From Limnothrix sp. BL-A-16 (GTDB lineage: Bacteria > Cyanobacteriota > Cyanobacteriia > CACIAM-69d), in contig CP166615.1 in assembly GCA_041937175.2 (NCBI GenBank), positions 3,840,001 to 3,904,000 of the forward strand: a stretch of DNA of 64,000 bases, given 5' to 3'. Below the pieces are notes generated by a model. That model did not search any database and was not told where the DNA came from. It worked only from the letters and a program-made list of their open reading frames with translations. Made by a program: the position numbers and the translations under genes. This document shows, piece after piece, positions 42,461-51,989 of the stretch (the stretch's first letter is position 1; each line of letters opens with the position of its first letter).

Positions 42461-42898
42461 ATGCCACAACGTGATCAAATTCACGACATTATTCGGCGAG
42501 CACTTCTCAAAGATGGCTGGCAAATTACTGACGATCCGTTTGTCATTGCCTATGGTGAGCGTTTTCTATTCATCGACCTTGGTGCAACAGAAAAAGGGTT
42601 ATTGAGCGCGATCGTTGGGGCTAGTCGATCCAGTGAACGAATTGCAATTGAAATCAAAACCTTCCGTAGCGCTTCCTTGATCACTGAACTTCAGCAAGCC
42701 ATTGGTCAATATCAGCTTTATTTTTTATTGCTTCAAGAAGTTGATCCTGATCGAACTTTGTATTTGGCAATTTCAGAAGATGTGTATCACAACTTTTTCA
42801 GAGAACCAATTGGACAATTAGTGATCAAGAACTTGCCTTTGAATTTGATTATTGTCAATTTGGAAAAAGAGGAAATCATCCAATGGATCAAGTCTTAG
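42461..42898 (+). CDS. xisH: XisH family protein
   Basis: D..H.....AL.KDGW.ITDDP, IDLGA, IAIEIK.F, AIGQY..Y, R.LYLAI, EEIIQWI. Confidence 0.9.
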   Translation: MPQRDQIHDIIRRALLKDGWQITDDPFVIAYGERFLFIDLGATEKGLLSAIVGASRSSERIAIEIKTFRSASLITELQQAIGQYQLYFLLLQEVDPDRTLYLAISEDVYHNFFREPIGQLVIKNLPLNLIIVNLEKEEIIQWIKS

Positions 42899-43242
42899 CA
42901 TTCAGTGAAATTATCAAGCAAGTCATTGAGCACTATGCTCAGTTCCAGCCTTCTCATGGCAAAATTCGACTAGAAACAATTTTTGATGATCGCCAGGGTC
43001 GTTATGCACTAATGCAAACAGGATGGGATCGCGATCGCCGCATTCGTGGAAATCTAATCTACGTTGTCCTAGAGCAAGAAATGATTAGGATTGAATATGA
43101 TGGGATGGAACAGGGGATTTTCTACGATTTAGTCACAAAGGGAATTTCACCTGAAAGGATTGTCCTGGCATATTTACCAGATTGCCCCACAGGCGCTAGT
43201 CTTGATCCTGCGCCAAAACATCTCGTACCAAGTCATTCCTAA
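42883..43242 (+). CDS. xisI: XisI family protein
   Basis: IFDD...RY.LM..GW...R, I.IEYDG.E.GI..DLV..GI....IVLAY; overlaps the xisH 3' end. Confidence 0.9.
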   Translation: MDQVLAFSEIIKQVIEHYAQFQPSHGKIRLETIFDDRQGRYALMQTGWDRDRRIRGNLIYVVLEQEMIRIEYDGMEQGIFYDLVTKGISPERIVLAYLPDCPTGASLDPAPKHLVPSHS

Positions 43243-43340
43243 TGGCAAATGAATATTGGATACCTTCAGTTAGCGAAGATCAGGTGTAGACTCAATTATC
43301 TAAAAACGTTTCAATTTCTCCGTATACATTTTCTCTCCTA

Positions 43341-43652
43341 ATGATTGATCCAACCAGCCAAATTCTTAAAAACTATCAAGTAGGAATGGCAGCTTATGAT
43401 CGCTGCCATTCACCGACCATTGCGAGTCAATGGCAAGCTGCTCAAGATGAATTTTTGGAGTTTTGTCATCATCCCAGCTTCGATGAATTTTGGGATATTT
43501 TGCACGCTACTGGTCGCTTGGTGAGGCGTTTAACAGGGATTCCGTTAAACCTGCTGGCCTGGCCCACGGTTTATAAACATGGTCAGCGCTTTGCCGAGAC
43601 AGGTTGCATCCGCAGTCGCCGAAACTGCCAGGGGCAATGCTGCGTACGATGA
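43341..43652 (+). CDS. Small hypothetical protein, possibly MazG-like (ExxE...ExxD)
   Basis: 103 aa, collinear with neighbours; DEFLEF.....DEFWDILH; Cys-rich C-terminus. Confidence 0.65.
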   Translation: MIDPTSQILKNYQVGMAAYDRCHSPTIASQWQAAQDEFLEFCHHPSFDEFWDILHATGRLVRRLTGIPLNLLAWPTVYKHGQRFAETGCIRSRRNCQGQCCVR

Positions 43653-43719
43653 TCTGCGATCGCAATGACTCTTCAAAGATAATTCTTCAAAACTGAATGC
43701 CTGATAGAGATTACTAGAT

Positions 43720-45081
43720 ATGGTTGCCACAGGAGTTCAAACTAATTTATTTGACTTGTTTGCAGTCAATCACCGGCAAGCCATTACAACAACCTTCAAA
43801 TTTGTTGATCTGTTTGCAGGAATTGGTGGATTTCGGATTCCGTTAGAACAATTAGGTGGTTGCTGTGTTGCCTATGCCGAAATTGATCGAGATGCGATCG
43901 CCACCTATGAACAAAACTTTCTGAGTGATAGTTCTGATCACGAACCCAACTTGGGTGATGTTTCTGCGGTTGATCAGCTACCCAACAATCTCGATTTGGT
44001 GGTGGGCGGTGTTCCCTGCCAGGCCTGGTCGATCGCGGGTAAAACCTTGGGATTTGATGATCCACGCGGTCGCCTATGGTTTGATGTGTGTCGGCTAGTT
44101 CGTCAGGCGCAACCCAAGGCATTTTTATTTGAAAACGTCAAAGGACTCACGGAACCCCGCCATCGAAATAGTCTAGATTTTATTGTTCACCAGCTCCATG
44201 ACAGCGGCTATTACGTTTATTGGACTGTTCTAAGTAGCTATGATTTTGGATTGCCGCAAGATCGCGATCGGCTCTTTTTAGTCGGTTTGCGTAATGATCT
44301 GGAGCGCGCGGGGCAATTTCAGTTCCCTGCCGCCAGCGATCGCCCCCGCAAACTCTATGAAGTCTTAGATGATTTACCTGCCTGTTTAGAACCCAAATTA
44401 AAATTTTCGCCGCGATCGCTCTTTGGTGAAAAGATTCCCGCCTCCCGTGGCCGGTTCCAAAAGATTGATGAACTCAATGATTTTTTCCTGTTCAGTGATG
44501 TGCGTGATGGCCACAGCACCATTCACTCTTGGGATCTGATTCCAACGAGCGATCGGGAAAAATTCATCTGCATGACCCTGCTGAGAAACCGCCGCAAAAA
44601 GAAATACAGGCCTAAAGATGGGAATCCTTTGACCTTAGAAGATTTTCAGGGCTTAATTCCAGATTTAGAACATGCTGAAATTACGGCTTTGGTACAAAAA
44701 GAAATTTTGCGAGAAGTCACAGCCGATCGCTTTGACTTTGAAAACTCCAAAATCTCGACCGGTATTCAGGGCGTATCACGAATTTTCTTGCCGACTGCTG
44801 AGGCGATCGGGACGCTAACGGCCAGCGGAACCCGTGATTTTGTGGCGATAGCGGCTCTCGGTGGCTGTGAACCCAATACCTATAAGCAGCAATTTTTGGA
44901 AGAAATTTATTACCCCGGTCGATTTCGATCTCTTACAGCCCAGGATTATGCCAAGCTGCAAGGGTTTCCGGAAACTTTTATGCTCCATCCCAATAGCAGC
45001 ATCGCTAAGAAACAATTTGGAAATGCTGTTTCCATTCCGGTGGTTGCAACGATCGCTCGATCAATTTTGCATTGTTTTTAA
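43720..45081 (+). CDS. Orphan C5-cytosine DNA methyltransferase with long TRD
   Basis: DLFAGIGG, GGVPCQAWS, FENVKGL, PQDRDR, LQGFP, KQFGNAVS; no adjacent type II endonuclease. Confidence 0.93.
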   Translation: MVATGVQTNLFDLFAVNHRQAITTTFKFVDLFAGIGGFRIPLEQLGGCCVAYAEIDRDAIATYEQNFLSDSSDHEPNLGDVSAVDQLPNNLDLVVGGVPCQAWSIAGKTLGFDDPRGRLWFDVCRLVRQAQPKAFLFENVKGLTEPRHRNSLDFIVHQLHDSGYYVYWTVLSSYDFGLPQDRDRLFLVGLRNDLERAGQFQFPAASDRPRKLYEVLDDLPACLEPKLKFSPRSLFGEKIPASRGRFQKIDELNDFFLFSDVRDGHSTIHSWDLIPTSDREKFICMTLLRNRRKKKYRPKDGNPLTLEDFQGLIPDLEHAEITALVQKEILREVTADRFDFENSKISTGIQGVSRIFLPTAEAIGTLTASGTRDFVAIAALGGCEPNTYKQQFLEEIYYPGRFRSLTAQDYAKLQGFPETFMLHPNSSIAKKQFGNAVSIPVVATIARSILHCF

Positions 45082-45651
45082 TTTGGGATAGATTCTAGGG
45101 ACTGCTTAGCGGTATAAGGTATCATTTTTGACTTTTTGAGAGGGTTGAAAATAAAATAAAGATGTGACTCTTGGTAAAGAAACCCACGTGCTATGCTCGT
45201 TTTACGTCAAATTTAGAGAAAAAGCGATAGTTATCATGGCTTAGTCACAGATCACCGTCAGGGTATCTAAAAGCATTTCTAGCTTGATTAAGACGGTAAA
45301 CTGTGGCGGCTGGTGTGGATCTTGCATAACTTTCCAGTGAGGTGAATTGATCAAAGGCTCATCGTGGTGGTCTGGGATCGCCTGGGTTTTTGGTTGGGGT
45401 ACTTTAGCTGTTAGGAGATGCTGTTTGCGGCTGTGATCCCGATCGCTCCCCTAGGCTGAGAACAAATTGATAGAACCAGTGGGGGGATGGTCTGATGCAA
45501 GATCAGCAGACCTAAGCTAGTATTCGCGCCAAATGATGGGCTTTTGCTGTGTTTTGGGGGAGTTTTAAAGCTAATTGGGGGCAAATTTAGCTGCTTTGAC
45601 CTCCGTTAGTCTGATGCGCTCGATTTTTCTCGCTCAAAAACAAGTTCTGTC

Positions 45652-48600
45652 ATGTCCATTCCGTTTCCTATGCTGACGGTTTCTGAACTGAGGGCGGCTA
45701 TCATCCGCCAACCATTGGTGGTTGATGCGGCAGCAACGGTCTGGGATGTGGTTTCCCTGATGAGCGGGTTACCGTCGGCTCAGGCAGATCCACAAAAGGC
45801 GGCGATCGGGTCTCGCCCCAGTTGCGTGCTGGTGAGGGTGGACGATCGGGTGGTGGGCATTTTGACAGAGCGAGATTTGGTGCGCTTGAGTGCGCAACAG
45901 TGCCCGCTTGATCGCCCGGTGACCGCCGTGATGACGCGGGAACTGGTGACGCTGCGGGAGAGTGAGTTTACGGATTTGTTTTCCACCATTCATCTGCTGA
46001 CGAAACATCGAATTCGGCATTTGCCGGTGGTGGATGAGGCCGATCGCCTGTTGGGGCTAATTACCCAGGAAAGTTTGCGCCAGTTGGCCCGCCCGATCGA
46101 CCTGCTGCGGTTGCGCCAAGTCCAGGAAGTGATGAGCCGATCGATTGTGGTGGCCAGCTCTCACGCCTCCCTGTTGGAATTGGCGCAATTAATGAGTGAG
46201 AACCAGGTGAGCTGCGTGGTGTTGGTGGATCCAGCCCATGACGCGATTGGGGCGATCGATGATCCGGCAGCGAAATCAGAGAGCGATCTGGATGGCGATC
46301 TGGATGGCGATCTTGCTGCTGCCTCATCTCTACAGCCGATGGGCGGGCCACCCGTGGGCCTGGTGACCGAGCGGGATATGGTGCAATTTCAGGCCCTGGG
46401 GTTGCCCTTGGATCAAACCAGTGCCCATCTGGTGATGAGCAGTCCGGTGTTTAGCGTCAGTCCCCATACCAGCCTGTGGGAGGCACAACAGTTGATGGCC
46501 GATCGCTGGATTCGGCGATTGGTGATCACCAATGACCAGGGGCAATTGCTGGGCATTCTCAGCCAAACGCGCCTGCTCCAGGCCTTGAATCCGCTGGAAA
46601 TTTACAACTTGGCGACGGTGCTGGAAACCCAGGTGTCGCAGTTGGAGCAGGAACGATTGGCGCTGCTGGAAAGTCGAGCGCAGGAACTGGAGCGGGAGGT
46701 GGCCGAGCGCACAGCCCAATTGCAGCAACAGGCGGAACGGGAAGCGCTGTTGCGGGAGGTGGCCACGCAAATTCACAATGCCCTGGATTTGCACACCATT
46801 TTGGAAACGACGGTGCAGCAAGTACAACGGCTGCTGAACTGTGCGCGGGTGGTTGTCTATCAATTTGAGGGCGATTGCAGCGGCGTGACGATCGCGGAGG
46901 CTTTGGCGGATCCGAGCAATTTAGATCAATCCCTTTTGGGGCGACGGGTTCAGGATGCCTGTTTAGGGTCGGCTTTTTTGGATCCCTTTCAGCGGGGCCA
47001 AGTGCGGGTGCTGGAGGATGTCACCACTGCGCCGCTGTCGGACTGCCACCGAGATTTGCTGCTCAGTCTTCAAATGCGGGCCCAACTGATTTTGCCCTTG
47101 CTGGTGGGCGATCGCCTGTGGGGGTTGATGGTGGCCAGTGAGTGCGATCGCCCGCGACTTTGGCAGGCGACGGAAATTGACTTGCTCCAAGCCCTGGGGG
47201 TGCAGGTGGGAATTGCCCTCAAGCAGGCCACATCCCATGCTGCCTTGGCGGCGGAATTAGAAGAGCGTCGCCGGGCCGAGGCCGCCTTGCGAGAAGCGGA
47301 AGCCCACCAACGGGCCCTGGTCAGTGCGTTGCCGGATTTGTTAGTGCGGCTGAATGCTGAGGGGATTTTTCTGGAATTTGTCGCCAATCCTGAGTTCGAT
47401 CGGGTTGGCGATTTGAATAGTTGGGTGGGCAGGCACGTATCGGAATTGCTGCCCCCGGTGGCGACCCGGAAGCGGATGAAAGCCATTCAGCGAGCTTTGG
47501 CCACCAAAACCGTGCAGTTCTATGAACAAAATCTGTCCACCCATGAGGTGTTGCGGATTGAGGAAGTGCGGGTGGTTCCCTACCGCGATGACGAGGTGTT
47601 GGTTTTGGTGCGCAACATCAGCGATCGCAAACAGGTGGAATGGCAACTGCGGGATTTGAATCAGTCCTTGGAGCGACAGGTGGCCAAGCGCACCACCACC
47701 CTGCAAATTCGGGAAGCCCAGATTCGGGCGATGGTGGCGGCCATTCCCGATCGCCTGCTGCGGGTGACCCCTCGGGGCCAATGCCTGGACTACAGCACCC
47801 TCACCCAGGTGCAACATCCCTGGGGTCGTTTCAGCGCCGAGGTGGCCGGTGATCCTTCGGAGGCAGCGGAAACCCCAACCCTTTCCCAGTTGGCCGATTG
47901 GGTGGCGGCTGATCAGCTAGAGGCGGTTTTGGAGGCGGTGAACCGGGCGATCGAAACCGGCCAACTGCAAGTACTCGAGCAGCGGCGGATCCTGGGCGAT
48001 CGCGTTCTGGATGAGGAATTGCGGATTGTGGGCAGTGATGCGGATGCGGCCCTGGTGATGGTGCGGGATGTGACGGAGCGCAAGGCCGCCGAAGCCCAAC
48101 TTCAGGAACGGGAGGCTCGTTATCGTGGCCTGATGGCGGGGGCTAGTGACGCGATCGTGGTGACCAACCTCCAAGGGGAAATCCTGGAAGTGAATCGCAA
48201 GGCCGAGGAACTGTTTGGCTATGACCGCGCCCAACTGATCCAGATGCACCAATCCCAGTTGCACCCGATCGATTGCGAAGAGGAGATGGTGCAGGCCTTC
48301 CAAACGGTGATTACGGATGGTTCCTGTCAGCTCACCAATGGCCAAATTCAGCGGGCCGACGAGCAAGCGATTCCGGTGGAAATTACCGGCTCGATCGTGC
48401 AAGTGGGCCAAACCCAACTGGTGCAAGGCATCTTTCGGGATATTCGCGATCGCAAAAATGCCGAACGCCAATTGGCCGACCTGTCCCAACGGCTCACCCT
48501 TGCCCTGGAATCCGGCGCGATCGGCTGTTGGCAATGGAATATTCGAGCCAATACCCTAGTTTGGGATGAGCGGATGTATAGCCTGTATGGGGTTGTGCCC

Positions 48601-51600
48601 GTGGAACCCGGCCAAAATCAGCGCCTGCCCTACGACATTTGGGCCAGTTCCGTTCATCCGGACGATCGACCGGCCACCGAACAGTTGCTCTATGCCGCCA
48701 CACGCGGCGAAGCCCGTTACGACACCGAGTTTCGGGTCATGCTTGCCGATGGCACAGTCCGCCACATCAAGGCCTATGGCGAGCTGCTTTGTGATGCCCA
48801 AGGTCAACCCCAAAGCATGATCGGCGTGAACTATGACATCAGCGATCGCAAACAGGCCGAAGCGGCCCTGCGGCAAAGCGAAGAGAAATTCCGCCGCGTG
48901 TTTGATTCCAACGTGGTGGGCACCATTTTCACCAATTTTGAGGGGCTGATTGTTGATGCCAACGATTGCTTCTTGGAAATGCTGGGCTACGATCGCCTGG
49001 ACTTGCAAGCCGGGCGCTTAAATTGGGCCGAACTCACACCGCCCGAATATCGAGCGCAAGACATCACGGCCATTGAACACCTGCGGCAACATGAGGCGAT
49101 CGCCCCTTGGGAAAAGGCCTACGTGCATCGGAATGGCCATTGGGTGTGGGTGCTCATTGGCGTGGCCATGATTGCGCCCGAAACCGGTAGCTGTGTTTGC
49201 GTGGTGGTGGACATCAGCGATCGCAAACGCTCTGAAGAAGCCCTGCGCGAGAGTGAAGAAAAATTCCGCCAATTGGCCGAAGCCGTGGACTCGGTATTTT
49301 GGATTTTGGATCTCAACCGCACCAATCGAATCTACGTCAGCCCCGCCTACGAGCGGATTTGGGGCAGACCCAGCGAAGAACTCTACATCAGCCCCGACAG
49401 TTGGGCCGCCAGCATTCACCCCCTGGATCACGATCAGGTTTTAGCTGCCATTCCCAAACAGTTAGCGGGCGAATTTGACGAGGAATATCGGATCCTGCGG
49501 CCCGATGGCGAACAGCGTTGGATTCGCGATCGGGCGTTCCCCATTTGCAACGCCCAAGGAGAGGTCTACCGCATTGCTGGCATTGCCGAAGATATCACCC
49601 CCCTCAAGCAAGCAGAACTGGAGCGAGAACGGCTGCTTCAGGAATTGGCCGCCTTTAAGTTGGCGCTGGATGCCTCCGCGATCGTGGTGATTACCGATGC
49701 CCAAGGGATCATGACCTATGTTAACGATCGATTTCTCGCGGTTTCTGGCTACAGCCGCGAGGAATTGATTGGGAAAACCCATCGGTTGGTGAAGTCTGGC
49801 CACCATCCCGCCTCCTTCTTTAAGGACTTGTGGGACACCATTTTGGCGGGGCAAATTTGGCGCGGAGAAATTTGTAATCGCGCGAAAGATGGCCGGCTCT
49901 ATTGGGTGGACAGCACGATCGTGCCGTTCCTCGATCGCGCAGGACAACCGATTCGATTTTTGGCCGTTCGTTTTGACATCACCCCGCGCAAACGAGCAGA
50001 AATTGACCTCAAAAATAGCAACTTCCTGCTGTCCACCATCAGCCAAGCCCAAACGGAATTTATTACGGCCGCCAATCGATTAACCATCTTTGAAGGCCTT
50101 CTGAATGGCCTATTAGAACTGACCGAAAGTGAATATGGCTTTATCGGGGAAGTGCTATTTCGAGGCGACGGTAGCGCCGCGATCGAAGAAGGCTTTCTCA
50201 AAATTAAGGGCGTTCCCTTCCTGCAATCCCACAGCGTCACCAACATCGCTTGGGATGCAAATACGCAAAAGTTCTATGAAGATAACTATGAAACGGGAAT
50301 GCAATTTACCAACATGAACACGCTCTTTGGCGCTGTGATCATGACCGGTAAGCCCGTGATTGCCAACAGTCCCAGCACCGACCCCCGCAGTGGCGGCACA
50401 CCACCTGGCCACCCCCCCTTGCAGGCATTTCTAGGCATTCCATTCTATCAAGGTAATCAATTGGTGGGGATGATTGGGATTGCCAACCGGCCCGGCGGTT
50501 ATGAGTCGAGTATGGTGGGTTATCTAGAGCCATTTTTGGTCACCTGTAGCACCCTGATTGAGGGCTATCGGGTCGATCGCCAGCGCCGCCAAGCCGAGGA
50601 ACAGCTTCAATGCACCAATGATGAATTAATTCGAGCTACTCGCCTGAAAGATGAGTTTTTGGCCAACATGAGCCATGAACTCCGCACGCCCTTAAATGCC
50701 ATTTTGGGCATGACTGAAGGGTTGCAGGAACAGGTTTTTGGCCCGATTAATGATAATCAGCGCAAAGCCTTGGGGACGATCGAGCGCACCGGCTCCCATT
50801 TGCTCTCCCTGATCAATGACATTTTGGATGTGGCCAAAATTGAATCGGGGCAACTGGAATTGGATCAAGCACCCACGCCGATTGTGCCCCTTTGTCAATC
50901 TAGTTTGACCTTCATTAAGCAGCAGGCCCTGAAGAAGCAAATTCAAGTAGAAACCCAAATTCCGAGTCAGTTACCCCCCGCATTGTTAGATGAACGACGA
51001 ATGCGGCAGGTGCTGATTAATTTGCTGAATAATGCGGTGAAGTTCACGCCGGAAAATGGGCGTGTGACGCTGTTGGTTTCCCTGGAGCAGTTTGCTGCCC
51101 AGGAATCTCAATCGCCTCAATCTTGGCTGCGATTTTCCGTCATTGATACGGGAATTGGGATTGCATCGGATCAGTTAGATCGGCTGTTCCGGCCTTTTGT
51201 CCAAATTGATAGCTCGCTTAATCGTCAATACGAGGGAACGGGGCTGGGTTTGGCCCTGGTGAAGCGGATTGTGGAACTCCACGGCGGCCGGGTGGGGGTC
51301 ACCAGCAAGCTGGGGAATGGCAGTTGCTTCACGGTCGATTTGCCCTACCATCCCGGCCGGACGATCGCGGACGCTGGTGATGATCAGTCACCGGCCAATT
51401 TGGATTCATCGCTGGTGATTGAATCAACGGACGGGGGCCGATCGCCCTGCATTTTGTTGGCGGAAGATCAAGAGGCCAATGTTAATACGATCGTCAGCTA
51501 TTTAACTGCCAAAGGATATCGCATGATCTTGGCCAAAAATGGTGCAGAGGCGATCGCCCAAGTGCAGCAATCGCAGCCCGATTTGGTGTTGATGGATGTG

Positions 51601-51816
51601 CAAATGCCGGGGATGGACGGCCTGGAGGCGATGCAATTGCTGCGGCAAAGTTCGGAATATGCCAACTTGCCGATCGTGGCGCTCACGGCGCTGGCTATGG
51701 AGGGCGATCGCGATCGCTGTTTAGCGGCCGGAGCCAATGAATATTTAACGAAACCGGTGCGCCTGCGCCAGTTGGTGACCACGATTCAAAACCTGCTGCC
51801 CCAGTTTCCGAGCTAG
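45652..51816 (+). CDS. Hybrid sensor kinase: 4xCBS-GAF(CBCR)-multi-PAS-GAF-HisKA-HATPase-REC
   Basis: CBS repeats (GILTERDLV, RHLPVVD); GAF with DACL and SDCH; ~7 PAS/PAC units; FLANMSHELRTPLN; NAVKFT; EGTGLGL; LMDVQMPGMDG. Confidence 0.93.
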   Translation: MSIPFPMLTVSELRAAIIRQPLVVDAAATVWDVVSLMSGLPSAQADPQKAAIGSRPSCVLVRVDDRVVGILTERDLVRLSAQQCPLDRPVTAVMTRELVTLRESEFTDLFSTIHLLTKHRIRHLPVVDEADRLLGLITQESLRQLARPIDLLRLRQVQEVMSRSIVVASSHASLLELAQLMSENQVSCVVLVDPAHDAIGAIDDPAAKSESDLDGDLDGDLAAASSLQPMGGPPVGLVTERDMVQFQALGLPLDQTSAHLVMSSPVFSVSPHTSLWEAQQLMADRWIRRLVITNDQGQLLGILSQTRLLQALNPLEIYNLATVLETQVSQLEQERLALLESRAQELEREVAERTAQLQQQAEREALLREVATQIHNALDLHTILETTVQQVQRLLNCARVVVYQFEGDCSGVTIAEALADPSNLDQSLLGRRVQDACLGSAFLDPFQRGQVRVLEDVTTAPLSDCHRDLLLSLQMRAQLILPLLVGDRLWGLMVASECDRPRLWQATEIDLLQALGVQVGIALKQATSHAALAAELEERRRAEAALREAEAHQRALVSALPDLLVRLNAEGIFLEFVANPEFDRVGDLNSWVGRHVSELLPPVATRKRMKAIQRALATKTVQFYEQNLSTHEVLRIEEVRVVPYRDDEVLVLVRNISDRKQVEWQLRDLNQSLERQVAKRTTTLQIREAQIRAMVAAIPDRLLRVTPRGQCLDYSTLTQVQHPWGRFSAEVAGDPSEAAETPTLSQLADWVAADQLEAVLEAVNRAIETGQLQVLEQRRILGDRVLDEELRIVGSDADAALVMVRDVTERKAAEAQLQEREARYRGLMAGASDAIVVTNLQGEILEVNRKAEELFGYDRAQLIQMHQSQLHPIDCEEEMVQAFQTVITDGSCQLTNGQIQRADEQAIPVEITGSIVQVGQTQLVQGIFRDIRDRKNAERQLADLSQRLTLALESGAIGCWQWNIRANTLVWDERMYSLYGVVPVEPGQNQRLPYDIWASSVHPDDRPATEQLLYAATRGEARYDTEFRVMLADGTVRHIKAYGELLCDAQGQPQSMIGVNYDISDRKQAEAALRQSEEKFRRVFDSNVVGTIFTNFEGLIVDANDCFLEMLGYDRLDLQAGRLNWAELTPPEYRAQDITAIEHLRQHEAIAPWEKAYVHRNGHWVWVLIGVAMIAPETGSCVCVVVDISDRKRSEEALRESEEKFRQLAEAVDSVFWILDLNRTNRIYVSPAYERIWGRPSEELYISPDSWAASIHPLDHDQVLAAIPKQLAGEFDEEYRILRPDGEQRWIRDRAFPICNAQGEVYRIAGIAEDITPLKQAELERERLLQELAAFKLALDASAIVVITDAQGIMTYVNDRFLAVSGYSREELIGKTHRLVKSGHHPASFFKDLWDTILAGQIWRGEICNRAKDGRLYWVDSTIVPFLDRAGQPIRFLAVRFDITPRKRAEIDLKNSNFLLSTISQAQTEFITAANRLTIFEGLLNGLLELTESEYGFIGEVLFRGDGSAAIEEGFLKIKGVPFLQSHSVTNIAWDANTQKFYEDNYETGMQFTNMNTLFGAVIMTGKPVIANSPSTDPRSGGTPPGHPPLQAFLGIPFYQGNQLVGMIGIANRPGGYESSMVGYLEPFLVTCSTLIEGYRVDRQRRQAEEQLQCTNDELIRATRLKDEFLANMSHELRTPLNAILGMTEGLQEQVFGPINDNQRKALGTIERTGSHLLSLINDILDVAKIESGQLELDQAPTPIVPLCQSSLTFIKQQALKKQIQVETQIPSQLPPALLDERRMRQVLINLLNNAVKFTPENGRVTLLVSLEQFAAQESQSPQSWLRFSVIDTGIGIASDQLDRLFRPFVQIDSSLNRQYEGTGLGLALVKRIVELHGGRVGVTSKLGNGSCFTVDLPYHPGRTIADAGDDQSPANLDSSLVIESTDGGRSPCILLAEDQEANVNTIVSYLTAKGYRMILAKNGAEAIAQVQQSQPDLVLMDVQMPGMDGLEAMQLLRQSSEYANLPIVALTALAMEGDRDRCLAAGANEYLTKPVRLRQLVTTIQNLLPQFPS

Positions 51817-51869
51817 TCGCGTGACAGGCTTAAGGCCTTGGGTCAACGTTGCGGAGCCAGTCGTGGTAA

Positions 51870-51889
51870 CAAGGGGCTTAAGCCCCTTG
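51870..51889. repeat. REP-like palindrome CAAGGGGCTTAAGCCCCTTG
   Basis: Perfect palindrome between convergent genes. Confidence 0.85.
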
Positions 51890-51989
51890 CTGCTTAACGA
51901 TTAGGTGACGGTAACAGTCATGTAATTTGACCCAGCGAATTAAGGTAGCCGTGCTACTAGGTTGCTTCGTCCCGACCAAGGCTCGCTCC

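Noticed and set aside
42461..43242. fdxN-type excision element implied by xisH/xisI
   Set aside because: No serine recombinase (XisF) or interrupted gene nearby; stand-alone pairs are common.
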